64,000 nt of DNA, from contig CAVUSV010000002.1 of the NCBI GenBank assembly GCA_963744225.1, positions 40,402-104,401 on the forward strand, given 5' to 3'. Numbering within the stretch: the first letter of the stretch is position 1; each line of letters opens with the position of its first letter. Made by a program: the position numbers and the translations under genes. The stretch is from an uncultured Acidimicrobiaceae bacterium. Its GTDB lineage: Bacteria > Actinomycetota > Acidimicrobiia > Acidimicrobiales > RAAP-2. The notes beneath the pieces were generated by a model. That model made no database searches, was not told the origin of the DNA, and saw nothing but the letters and a program-made list of their open reading frames with translations. Shown here in pieces: positions 14,607-22,443 of this stretch.

Positions 14607-15643
14607 ACGCGTGCACCCATGTCGGCCAGGGTAGCGACCACGTCGGCGACGGCCACCCCGCGCACCGGCTCGACACCCTCCGGACCGTCGAGCACGAACG
14701 TCAAATCCTGTTGCGCCTTCTTGTCCCGGCCCATGAAGGTGACGAGCTCTGCGGCATCGGCGCCGCGCGGGAGGTCGGTGGGAAGGTCAAAGCTGGCCAG
14801 GACGGTGCGGTGGTCGTCGACGCGGGCCTCATCGATCCGACCGAGACGCTGCGCAAGCCGCGCCGCGAACAGGAGCCCGATGGCGACGGCCTCGCCGTGG
14901 CGCAGGTCCCAGTCGGGGTGGTCGGTCAGGGCCGCACCCTCGAGCGCGTGGGCCAGGGTGTGCCCGTAGTTGAGGATCATGCGGCGGGCCCCCTCTCGCT
15001 CGTCCTCGGCCACGATTGCCGCCTTGATGCCAACGCAGCGTGCCACCTGCTCGTCGATGGGCTGGTCCGCCCGGGGGGCATCGCCCAGGAAGGCGTACTT
15101 GGCGATCTCGCCCCGGCCGCACACCCATTCCCTCGGGGGCAGACTGCCCAGGGTCTCGGTGTCGCACAACACGGCGTTGGGCTGCCAGAACGCCCCCACC
15201 AGGTTCTTGCCCTCTGGGAGATTGACGCCCGTCTTGCCGCCGATTGCCGCGTCGACCTGGGCGAGCAGGGAGGTGGCAACGTTCACGTAGGCGGTCCCCC
15301 GGTGATAGCTGGCCGCGGCGAAACCGGCCACGTCGGTCACGATGCCGCCGCCCACCGCGACAACGATGTCGGCCCTCGACAGCCCGGCGCGGGCGAACGA
15401 GCGGGTGAGCTCCTCCACCGTCGCGAGGGTCTTGGCGTCCTCGCCGTCGGGGACGACGCAGATCGTCGAGGGCACGCCGGGGTCGAGCCCGTCGACCCAG
15501 CCCGCCGCCTTGATCGCCTCCTGCGTGACGATCACCGCCGACTTGGCCCCCGGCGGCACGAAGCGGGCGACCTCGTTGCGGGCGCCCGGCCCGACCAGGA
15601 CGGGATACGAGCGTTCGGCCAGGTCGACGGAGAGGGCGCGCAT
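14603..15643 (-). CDS. aroB: 3-dehydroquinate synthase
   Basis: From MRALSVDL: VAVGGGIVTDVAGFAAASYHRG, LLAQVDAAIGGKTGVN, GHTLAHALE. Its stop overlaps the aroQ start by 4 nt. The ORF extension to 16048 is an alternate frame of aroK. Confidence 0.9.
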   Translation of the reverse strand: MRALSVDLAERSYPVLVGPGARNEVARFVPPGAKSAVIVTQEAIKAAGWVDGLDPGVPSTICVVPDGEDAKTLATVEELTRSFARAGLSRADIVVAVGGGIVTDVAGFAAASYHRGTAYVNVATSLLAQVDAAIGGKTGVNLPEGKNLVGAFWQPNAVLCDTETLGSLPPREWVCGRGEIAKYAFLGDAPRADQPIDEQVARCVGIKAAIVAEDEREGARRMILNYGHTLAHALEGAALTDHPDWDLRHGEAVAIGLLFAARLAQRLGRIDEARVDDHRTVLASFDLPTDLPRGADAAELVTFMGRDKKAQQDLTFVLDGPEGVEPVRGVAVADVVATLADMGARV

Positions 15644-15656
15644 CTTCTTGGGCTCC

Positions 15657-16199
15657 CTACTCGGCCTTGGTGGGGGCCCCGGTGAAGTCCTGACTTCCGA
15701 CGGCCTCGAGGATGCGCGCCGCCACGACGTCAGGGGACAGATCGTCGACGTCGATGACAAGGTCGGCCAATTCGGCATAGAACGGGGCGCGCACCTCGTT
15801 GAGATGGACCAGGGCCACCCCGGGGTCGTCGCCGAGCAGCGGGCGCCCCACGCCGGCGCCGACGCGGGCCGCCAGCGTCTCGGGCCGGGCCCGGAGCCAG
15901 ACAACGGTTCCGCTCTTCGAGATGAGCTCCCGGTTGGGCGCGCTGAGGACGGCGCCACCGGCGACGGACACGACGGACGGCGCCGCGTCGGCGCAGGCGT
16001 GGGCGAGGACCGCTGCCTCCGCCTTGCGGAACGCCGCCTCGCCGTCACGGGCGAAGAGCGCCGGCACCGTCAGGCCGGTCGCCGCCTCGACATCGGCGTC
16101 CGAGTCCCGGTAGCCCCAGCCAAGACGCTGGGCCACCAGCTGTCCGGTTGTCGTCTTGCCGGCCCCCATCATCCCGACGAGCAGGATGCGGGGGGTCAT
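15657..16199 (-). CDS. aroK: Shikimate kinase
   Basis: MTPRILLVGMMGAGKTTTGQLVAQRLGWGYRDSD. The ATG at 16199 overlaps the aroC stop (ATGA). The ORF extension to 17177 is rejected. Confidence 0.85.
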   Translation of the reverse strand: MTPRILLVGMMGAGKTTTGQLVAQRLGWGYRDSDADVEAATGLTVPALFARDGEAAFRKAEAAVLAHACADAAPSVVSVAGGAVLSAPNRELISKSGTVVWLRARPETLAARVGAGVGRPLLGDDPGVALVHLNEVRAPFYAELADLVIDVDDLSPDVVAARILEAVGSQDFTGAPTKAE

Positions 16200-17419
16200 A
16201 CCGCCGCGGTGCTCGGACCCGCGCCGGTCCTCGGGCCTGGAGTCCCGACCGCGGAGGAGGGCGTGGTGCCGAGCGACGCGACGAAGCCGTCGCGGTTGCG
16301 CACGATCTCGGCAAGCGAGTCGCCGCCGAACTTGCGCAGGGCCTCGTTGGCGAGCACGAGCGCCGTCATCGACTCGGCTACGACGCCCATGGCGGGCACA
16401 GCCGTGACGTCGGTGCGCTCGCGGAAGCTCACGGTCGATTCCTTCGTCACCACGTCGACGGTCTGGAGGACAGGGCGGTTCAGCGTGGCGAGCGGCTTCA
16501 TCGCCACGCGCGCCACCAGAAGGGCGCCGTTGGAGATGCCTCCCTCGATGCCCCCAGCCCGGTCGGTCGGGCGAACGTACCCGGCGTCGGTGTCGTAGAC
16601 GATGGCGTCGTGCGCCTCGGATCCCCGGCGGCCGGCGTTGTCCCATCCGTCGCCGATCTCGACCGCCTTCACCGCTTGGATCGACATGAGCGCCTGCGCG
16701 AGGTTGGCGTCGAGTTTGCGGTCCCAATGGACGTGGCTGCCCAACCCGACTGGGACGCCGTACGCCAAGACCTCGGCCACGCCGCCGAGCGAGTCGCCCT
16801 CCTTGGCCGCCGCCTTGACCGCGGCGATCATCGCCTCCTCCGCCTCCGGGTCGAAGCAGCGCACGGCGCTCTCGTCGACGGCATCGTTGTCGCTGGGTCC
16901 CGGTCGAGGGCTGTCCGGCGTAGTGGTCGCGTCGCCCAGCGCCACGATGTGGCTGACGATCGACATCCCGAGATGGGAGAGCAGGAGCTTGGCCAGCGTG
17001 CCCGCCGCGACACGGGCGGCCGTCTCCCGGGCCGAGGCCCGCTCGAGAACGTCGCGGGCGTCCTCGAAGCCGTATTTGAGCATGCCGGGCAGATCGGCGT
17101 GTCCCGGCCGGGGCTGGGTGAGCACCTTCGACGGCGCTCCCGGCTCGGGAGACATCTCCTCGGTCCACTTGGGCCACTCGGTGTTGTTGATCTCGATGGC
17201 GACAGGCGACCCCAGCGTGCGGCCGTGGCGGATGCCGCCGAGCAGGGTGATCTCGTCGGCCTCGAAACGCATGCGCGGGCCTCGTCCGAAACCGAGCCGG
17301 CGGCGTGCCAGCTCGTCGGCGATGTCGGACACCTCGACGGGCAAGCCGGCCGGTAACCCCTCGACGATGACGGCGAGGGCGCGACCGTGGGACTCTCCAG
17401 CGGTCAGAAAGCGCAGCAC
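16196..17419 (-). CDS. aroC: Chorismate synthase
   Basis: MLRFLTAGESHGRAL...GRGPRMR...RPGHAD...ERASARETAARV is full-length AroC. GTG start. Confidence 0.9.
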   Translation of the reverse strand: MLRFLTAGESHGRALAVIVEGLPAGLPVEVSDIADELARRRLGFGRGPRMRFEADEITLLGGIRHGRTLGSPVAIEINNTEWPKWTEEMSPEPGAPSKVLTQPRPGHADLPGMLKYGFEDARDVLERASARETAARVAAGTLAKLLLSHLGMSIVSHIVALGDATTTPDSPRPGPSDNDAVDESAVRCFDPEAEEAMIAAVKAAAKEGDSLGGVAEVLAYGVPVGLGSHVHWDRKLDANLAQALMSIQAVKAVEIGDGWDNAGRRGSEAHDAIVYDTDAGYVRPTDRAGGIEGGISNGALLVARVAMKPLATLNRPVLQTVDVVTKESTVSFRERTDVTAVPAMGVVAESMTALVLANEALRKFGGDSLAEIVRNRDGFVASLGTTPSSAVGTPGPRTGAGPSTAAV

Positions 17420-17425
17420 ACAGTC

Positions 17426-17431
17426 ACGCTA
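17426..17431 (-). promoter_or_regulatory. Predicted -10 hexamer TAGCGT, 6 nt upstream of the aroC GTG (leaderless transcript)
   Basis: The minus strand reads ccggTAGCGTgactgtGTG. There is no Shine-Dalgarno sequence between the hexamer and the start. Confidence 0.4.
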
Positions 17432-17476
17432 CCGGACGGTCGATGCCGCCTTTGAGCTGGGGCCGCCCGAGATGTC

Positions 17477-18136
17477 TCAGGTGTAGAAGGGGTTGTCCCC
17501 GCTGCCGTGATCGGTCACGTCGAGGACGCGGGTGAGTTCGGGCACCTCTTCGAGGAGCGTCGTCTCGATGCCCTGGCGCAGCGTCATCTGCGACATGGCA
17601 CAACCCTGGCATCCGCCCGAAAGCCGGAGGTAGGCGGTGCCGTCGTCCTCGTTCAGCGCGACGAGGTCGGCCCGTCCGCCGTGGCTGGCGATGGAGGGGT
17701 TGACGGCCTGCTCCAGGACGGCGACCACGCGCGAGGCCAGCGGCCCCGTGATCCCGTTGGCCAGCACCTCGGGCGGGACGCCCGGCGAGGCCTCTTCGGG
17801 CGTCGGGGTGTTCGGGTTGACCAGGACGAGGCCACCGCCACCATCCTCGGACCACTCGAGTCGAGCGCCGCGGAGGCGCTCGACGCTCTCGACCGGGATG
17901 ACGATCTCGAGCTCGTCCTGGCTGAAGCGGGCGTCGTCATCGCCGGCGTCGGAGACAGCCTGGAAGTAGAGGTCGTAGATGAAGGAGCCGGCCTGCACAC
18001 CGCGCACCTCCAGCCAGAGACCGAGCGAACCCGGGTCGGGTTCCTGGTCGATCGCCTCCCGCACAACCTTGTGCGCCTCCGGGGTGAGGGTCACAACGGG
18101 GGTGGTGATCTGCCGGTGTTCGCTGGTCGTCGCCAT
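17477..18136 (-). CDS. Fe-S cluster carrier, NfuA-like (degenerate HesB/IscA-like N-terminal domain plus Nfu domain)
   Basis: The C-terminal Nfu motif is VNPSIASHGGRADLVALNEDDGTAYLRLSGGCQGCAMS (CxxC). The N-terminal half has an IscA-like fold pattern without the cysteines. Confidence 0.75.
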   Translation of the reverse strand: MATTSEHRQITTPVVTLTPEAHKVVREAIDQEPDPGSLGLWLEVRGVQAGSFIYDLYFQAVSDAGDDDARFSQDELEIVIPVESVERLRGARLEWSEDGGGGLVLVNPNTPTPEEASPGVPPEVLANGITGPLASRVVAVLEQAVNPSIASHGGRADLVALNEDDGTAYLRLSGGCQGCAMSQMTLRQGIETTLLEEVPELTRVLDVTDHGSGDNPFYT

Positions 18137-18142
18137 GGGGAG

Positions 18143-18148
18143 AGTCTA
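18143..18148 (-). promoter_or_regulatory. Predicted -10 hexamer TAGACT, 6 nt upstream of the nfu-like ATG (leaderless)
   Basis: The minus strand reads cgTAGACTctccccATG. Confidence 0.4.
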
Positions 18149-18184
18149 CGGGGTCAGGGGACGGAGCGGGTCACCGTCGGGTTG

Positions 18185-18190
18185 TATCGT
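18185..18190 (+). promoter_or_regulatory. Predicted -10 hexamer TATCGT, 8 nt upstream of GTG 18199 (leaderless)
   Basis: The plus strand reads gtTATCGTgccgtgccGTG. Confidence 0.4.
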
Positions 18191-18198
18191 GCCGTGCC

Positions 18199-18978
18199 GT
18201 GGCGCGCCTCCCGATCGACCCTCACGAGTGGATCAGCTTCGAAGACGAGGGCGAGGAGCGGACGTGGGTCTTCGACGCCACCTTCCTGACGAGCAACTGG
18301 ACCTGCATCTTCGGCAACGGGTGCCAGGGCGTGCTCACCGGACCCGCCCCCGAATTGGTGCAGGGCTGCTGCAGCTACGGGGCGCACCTCGTCGACAAGA
18401 AGGACGCCCGGCGGGTCGAGAAGACGGCGGCAACGCTGACTCCCGAAGAGTGGCAGAACCACCGGCACGCAAAGAAGGGCGTCATTCAGACCAACAAGCA
18501 TGGCGAGACGGTGACGCGCTTGTTCAAGGACGCCTGCATCTTCCTCAACGGGCCGGACTTCCCGGCCGGGCCCGGGTGCGCGTTCCATATCGCAGCCGTA
18601 CGCCGGGGCCTCAACCCGATGACGCTCAAGCCCGAGGTGTGCTGGCAGCTCCCGCTCCGCCGCGAGGACCAGGTCGACGATGACGAGGGACACGTCACCT
18701 CGGTCATCAGGCAATGGGACCGGCGCCACTGGGGCAAAGGCGGCCGAGAGTTCCACTGGTGGTGCACCGAGGCGCCCGACGCCTTCGTCGGATCGAAGCC
18801 GGTCTACGAGGAGATGCAGGCCGAACTCACCCACATGGTGGGCGCCACGGTCTACCAACAGTTCGTGACGTTGGTGGAGGAGCGAGAGCGTCAGCGGTCG
18901 AAGGGTGTGGCGCTCCCCCACCCGGCGGTACGTCGTCGGGCGACGCCCGACGCGGCGCAGGAGGCCTTGCAGAAGTAG
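18199..18978 (+). CDS. Conserved cysteine-rich hypothetical protein (putative metal or Fe-S binding)
   Basis: 259-aa ORF with strong GC3 bias. Nine Cys lie in clusters (NWTCIFGNGCQGV, QGCCSYGAH, DACIFLNG, GPGCAFH, EVCWQLP, HWWCTE). I can name no family with confidence. Confidence 0.7.
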   Translation: MARLPIDPHEWISFEDEGEERTWVFDATFLTSNWTCIFGNGCQGVLTGPAPELVQGCCSYGAHLVDKKDARRVEKTAATLTPEEWQNHRHAKKGVIQTNKHGETVTRLFKDACIFLNGPDFPAGPGCAFHIAAVRRGLNPMTLKPEVCWQLPLRREDQVDDDEGHVTSVIRQWDRRHWGKGGREFHWWCTEAPDAFVGSKPVYEEMQAELTHMVGATVYQQFVTLVEERERQRSKGVALPHPAVRRRATPDAAQEALQK

Positions 18979-19050
18979 CGGCCGCCCCGCTCATCGACGC
19001 GCGCGCAGCGGGCGTCGAGGGAGCGTTGCGTCGTCGGTTGCTGGGCTCGT

Positions 19051-19257
19051 CTAGTCCTTGAGGGGGTCGTCGTCCGAATAGGCGGGCGACGGCATGGAGC
19101 CCAGGATGCGGTCGTACTTGTCCTCTTCCGCCAGGCACCACGACGCATGGACGTCGTCGGGCTCGGCTCCGCACTCGGCGCACCGTCCCGTCGACTCGGT
19201 CGACGACCGTTTCAGGCTGCGCGCTTCCTCGAAGCGTCGATGGCGTCCCTTTTTCAC
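19051..19257 (-). CDS. Small hypothetical protein with a CxxC...HxxxC motif
   Basis: 68 codons. GTG start preceded by an AAGGAG RBS at 6 nt, with high GC3 throughout. Sequence begins MKKGRHRRFEEARSLKR...CAECG...HASWC. Confidence 0.6.
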   Translation of the reverse strand: MKKGRHRRFEEARSLKRSSTESTGRCAECGAEPDDVHASWCLAEEDKYDRILGSMPSPAYSDDDPLKD

Positions 19258-19381
19258 GAGAACTCCTTGTCACAACCGGCCCGCACCTTCGCGTTCCGCC
19301 CCCGGCGGCCAACCCGTTCGGGCGATCTCGACCGCTCGACCATTGTAGTGGCTTTGGGGGGCGAGTCTGCCCGGGGCCAGG

Positions 19382-19756
19382 TCAGAGTGACATTTCCGCG
19401 TCGGACTTGTCCTCAAAGCCCCGGATGTCGTTGACTCCGTCCGCCCCGACCCGCAGGACCTGCCAGCGCGCCTCGCCGGACTCGAGCCGGAGCCCCACGA
19501 GCAGAGCGTCGCCGTGAACCTCGAGGTCGGTGACGCTGGTTCGACGCCCGGCATTCGATCCGCGCCGGTACCACTCGATCACCTGACGACGGTTGCGGCA
19601 CGGCGGATCGGCGTCGCCGGGCGCGCCCCACTGCACGTCGGGGCCGAGGAGCGCGGCGAACTCGTCGACGTCGGCGGCCTCGAGCGCGGCGCGCACCCGG
19701 TCGGCGATGCCGGCGGCCGTCACCGGGCCGTCGGACGGGGGAATTGCGTTGCTCAT
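19382..19756 (-). CDS. SnoaL/NTF2-like fold hypothetical protein
   Basis: 124 aa. The pattern AALEAADVDEFAALLGPDVQW...VIEWYRR...DLEVHGDALLVGLRL is typical of SnoaL-like or DUF4440 domains. Confidence 0.6.
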   Translation of the reverse strand: MSNAIPPSDGPVTAAGIADRVRAALEAADVDEFAALLGPDVQWGAPGDADPPCRNRRQVIEWYRRGSNAGRRTSVTDLEVHGDALLVGLRLESGEARWQVLRVGADGVNDIRGFEDKSDAEMSL

Positions 19757-19774
19757 ACTCCCCTATTCAACATC

Positions 19775-19780
19775 TACGCT
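19775..19780 (+). promoter_or_regulatory. Predicted -10 hexamer TACGCT, 7 nt upstream of GTG 19788 (leaderless)
   Basis: The plus strand reads atcTACGCTgaccgccGTGcc. The same hexamer and GTGCC start occur at menH and menE. Confidence 0.4.
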
Positions 19781-19787
19781 GACCGCC

Positions 19788-20024
19788 GTGCCCGCATTCG
19801 ACCCCCAGGAGATGGTGATCCGGTTCCGGGAACGGGCCGAGGCCGTCCGCACCCGGGGCATGCCCCCGATTGAGGGCGCCGAGCGCCAACGTTTTCGCGA
19901 GCAGGCACAGCGGGACTACACGGACTACGCCATGATCGGCGACGCCGAGGCCGAGCTCGTCGACGGGATCCTCACCCTGCGCATCGACCTCCGGCCGCCC
20001 GAGAACCGCGGCCAGTCGGCCTGA
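19788..20024 (+). CDS. Small hypothetical protein (78 aa)
   Basis: 3' part of ORF 19593..20024. It has strong GC3 bias from 19788 onward and leaderless promoter geometry. An alternative ATG lies at 19812. No recognisable family. Confidence 0.55.
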   Translation: MPAFDPQEMVIRFRERAEAVRTRGMPPIEGAERQRFREQAQRDYTDYAMIGDAEAELVDGILTLRIDLRPPENRGQSA

Positions 20025-20035
20025 GGCCCGAACCG

Positions 20036-20052
20036 GGGCCGGCGACCGGCCC
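20036..20052. terminator. GC-rich hairpin between convergent genes (possible bidirectional terminator, no U-tract)
   Basis: GGGCCGG-cga-CCGGCCC, a 7-bp stem, lies between the stop at 20024 (+) and the stop at 20077 (-). Confidence 0.3.
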
Positions 20053-20076
20053 TGGTGGGGGGATGGCTCATGTGGC

Positions 20077-20610
20077 TCAACCGCCGTAGTGCATGCGCGT
20101 GTCCTCCATGCGCAGGACCTCCTCGGGCTCCCCGCCGACCTCGGTGACCTCGCCGATGCAGAAGGTGTGGCTCCCCAATTGCTCGGCCCGTGTGAGGGTG
20201 CACGTGAGGTAGCCCGCCGCGGCCGCCAGCACCGGAAGCCGCTGGGGGCCGACCTCGGTGACGGGCTGGCCCGCCAGGGCGAGGATGGCCCCGTCAGGGG
20301 CCCGCTCGACCACGGTGACCGGTTTCACAAAGCGGCGCACGACGTCACGGTCGCCCCGATGGAGCAGCGAGATCGTGAACGCACCGCTCGCGGAGACCAG
20401 CCCGGCGGTGACCGAGTCGCGTTCGAGCGCCACCCCGACCAGCTTGGGCTCGATGCACACTTGGACCACCAGGTTGGCCGTCATGAGGTTGACCACGTCG
20501 CCGTCGCGGCTCCCGATCAAGTACAGCCCGGTGGGCAGGGCCCACAGCACCCGGCGTCGATGGCGGTCGAGCTCGTCGTCGCTCGCCGGGGCGTTTCCGG
20601 CGTCGCTCAC
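20077..20610 (-). CDS. Flavin reductase-like (FMN-binding split-barrel) protein
   Basis: VLWALPTGLYLIGSRDGDVVNLMTANLVVQV...FTISLL...HTFCIGEV is typical of the flavin reductase domain. The GTG at 20610 overlaps the upstream stop (GTGA). The ORF extension to 20778 is rejected. Confidence 0.75.
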   Translation of the reverse strand: MSDAGNAPASDDELDRHRRRVLWALPTGLYLIGSRDGDVVNLMTANLVVQVCIEPKLVGVALERDSVTAGLVSASGAFTISLLHRGDRDVVRRFVKPVTVVERAPDGAILALAGQPVTEVGPQRLPVLAAAAGYLTCTLTRAEQLGSHTFCIGEVTEVGGEPEEVLRMEDTRMHYGG

Positions 20611-21113
20611 CCGAAGATCCCGCCCGTCGCGTTGTCCGTCGTCGTTGTCGTGGGGACGCCCTTGCCGTCGATCTGACGGATGCGCTGGAGCACCTGGTTG
20701 TAGAGCGCCTCCGCCTTGATGGCATTGCGGCGTGACTGGCCGAGCAGCGCGGCATTCGTGGCTCCGGCGTCGAAACACTCGTTGGCGGCGTCGCCCTCGA
20801 GCCCGTAGGCCCGGGTGAGGAGGTCGGTCACCCCGGGGTCGGGCGAGGGCAGCTGGGTGTTCGCCATCTCCGCATCGTTGAGGAGTGTGCTGCAGGCGGC
20901 GTGCACCGCACCGGTGCCGTTGGGAACGTCTTTGGGTACGCGGGCGTTGTCGGCGACGAGCGTGCCGATGTCAGCCCCGAAGTTGGTTCCGCTCACCCAG
21001 ACCGACATCCGGTGCGCGGCAGAGCCCTGTTGGTCCGCGCCGGCGCAGGAGGTCAAGGTCAGGGCGGATCCGGTCACGAGCACGAGGGAGACGATCCGGA
21101 ACCGACGCCTCAT
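20607..21113 (-). CDS. Hypothetical lipoprotein
   Basis: Signal peptide MRRRFRIVSLVLVTGSALTLTSC with a lipobox Cys. The ATG overlaps the tyrS stop (ATGA). Confidence 0.7.
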   Translation of the reverse strand: MRRRFRIVSLVLVTGSALTLTSCAGADQQGSAAHRMSVWVSGTNFGADIGTLVADNARVPKDVPNGTGAVHAACSTLLNDAEMANTQLPSPDPGVTDLLTRAYGLEGDAANECFDAGATNAALLGQSRRNAIKAEALYNQVLQRIRQIDGKGVPTTTTTDNATGGIFG

Positions 21114-22381
21114 GCGGCCCGGACGATGTGCACCCCGCGTGGCCCCTTGCGCAGGACCACGTACCGGTCGTGCAGGAAGTCGGTGGGGCCGAGCGTGCGG
21201 TCCACGTCGGTCTGCCGGACGTTGTTGACGTAGACACCACCGCCCTCGATGATGCGACGGGCCTCCGCCTTCGACTTGGCCAGGCCGGTGCGCTGGAGGA
21301 CGTCGACGAGGGTGAGCCGATGCAGCAGTTCCGCCCGGGGGACGGCCGTCGTCGGCGCGTCCTCCGTCGCGGCCAGCAGCATCTCCTCGCTCAAGCCCGC
21401 GATCTCCTCACTGAAGAGCGCCGCCGACGCCTCCTCGCACTTGGCCACCTCGCCCTCCCCATGGACGAGCGCCACGACGGCTCGGGCCAGCGCCCTTTGG
21501 GCCGTGCGCCGCTGCGGGTGCTCTCTTGCCTCGTCATCGAGGGAGCGGATCTCGTCGTGGCTGAGGAAGGTGAGGAACCGGATCAGCTCGCCCACGTGAT
21601 CGTCGGGCGTGTTGAGAAAGAACTGGTACATGGCAAAGGGGCTGGTCCGCTTCGGATCGAGCCAAACCGTGCCGGACTCCGACTTGCCGTACTTGGTGCC
21701 GTCGGGCTTGACGATGAGGGGCGTCGTGAAACCCCACACCTCGTCGCCGCACACCTTGCGGACGAGCTCGATACCCATCGTGATGTTGCCCCACTGGTCG
21801 CTTCCCCCGAACTGGAGGTCGCAGCCGTAGTCGAGGTGCAGGCGCAGGAAGTCGTACGCCTGCAGCAGCATGTAGCTGAATTCCGTGTAGGAGATGCCCT
21901 GGTCGGGACGCTCAAAGCGGCTCTTGACGGACTCCTTGCCCACCATCTGGTTCACGGTGAAGTGCTTGCCCACGTCACGCAGGTACTCGAGCGTGGAGAG
22001 CCGGCTGAGCCAGTCCGCGTTGTTGAGCAGCAGGCCGCGGTCAGCGTCAAGGTCGAGGAACTGGGCCAGCTGGGGTCGGATCCCCTCCAGGTAGCCCTCG
22101 ACGGTCTCGAGATCGAGGAGCGGGCGCTCGTCCTGCTTGCCGCCCGGGTCGCCGATCATGCCCGTGGCGCCGCCCGCGAGGGAGATGGGCCGGTGCCCGG
22201 CATCTTGGAATCGCCGCAACGTGCAGAGCTGGAGGAGGTTGCCCACGTGGAGACTGTCGGCGGAAGGGTCGAAGCCCGCGTAAACCGTGAGCCCCGGCTG
22301 GTCCAGCCGCTTCGCCAGGTCGGGGTCGGTCATCTGATGGATCAGGCCGCGGAAGGCGAGATCCTCAGAGAGCGCGGGCAT
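21110..22381 (-). CDS. tyrS: Tyrosine--tRNA ligase
   Basis: From MPALSEDL: YAGFDPSADSLHVGNL (HIGH), KYGKSESG (KMSKS-like) and a C-terminal S4 domain. The ORF extension to 22747 is rejected. Confidence 0.9.
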   Translation of the reverse strand: MPALSEDLAFRGLIHQMTDPDLAKRLDQPGLTVYAGFDPSADSLHVGNLLQLCTLRRFQDAGHRPISLAGGATGMIGDPGGKQDERPLLDLETVEGYLEGIRPQLAQFLDLDADRGLLLNNADWLSRLSTLEYLRDVGKHFTVNQMVGKESVKSRFERPDQGISYTEFSYMLLQAYDFLRLHLDYGCDLQFGGSDQWGNITMGIELVRKVCGDEVWGFTTPLIVKPDGTKYGKSESGTVWLDPKRTSPFAMYQFFLNTPDDHVGELIRFLTFLSHDEIRSLDDEAREHPQRRTAQRALARAVVALVHGEGEVAKCEEASAALFSEEIAGLSEEMLLAATEDAPTTAVPRAELLHRLTLVDVLQRTGLAKSKAEARRIIEGGGVYVNNVRQTDVDRTLGPTDFLHDRYVVLRKGPRGVHIVRAA

Positions 22382-22443
22382 GCCGCGACTCTGCCATACC
22401 CCGGTAGGTTGATCGGCCTCGTGGCGGGCACAGGAGCGGTCGG

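Noticed and set aside
15644-16048. N-terminal extensions of the long ORFs for aroB (to 16048), aroK (to 17177), carA (to 9330), tyrS (to 22747), rsmH (to 63901) and pyrF (to 3661)
   Set aside because: The extensions overlap the upstream genes in other frames, are Arg/Pro/Ser-rich, and precede the points where homology begins. Internal starts with 4-nt overlaps or RBSs fit better.
19258-19381. Possible small RNA (6C-like) because of a C6 run and GC hairpins in this 124-nt spacer
   Set aside because: There is only one C-rich loop candidate, and it lacks the two-hairpin architecture. The region is adequately explained as the 3' UTR of the SnoaL-like gene plus the RBS region of ORF 19257.
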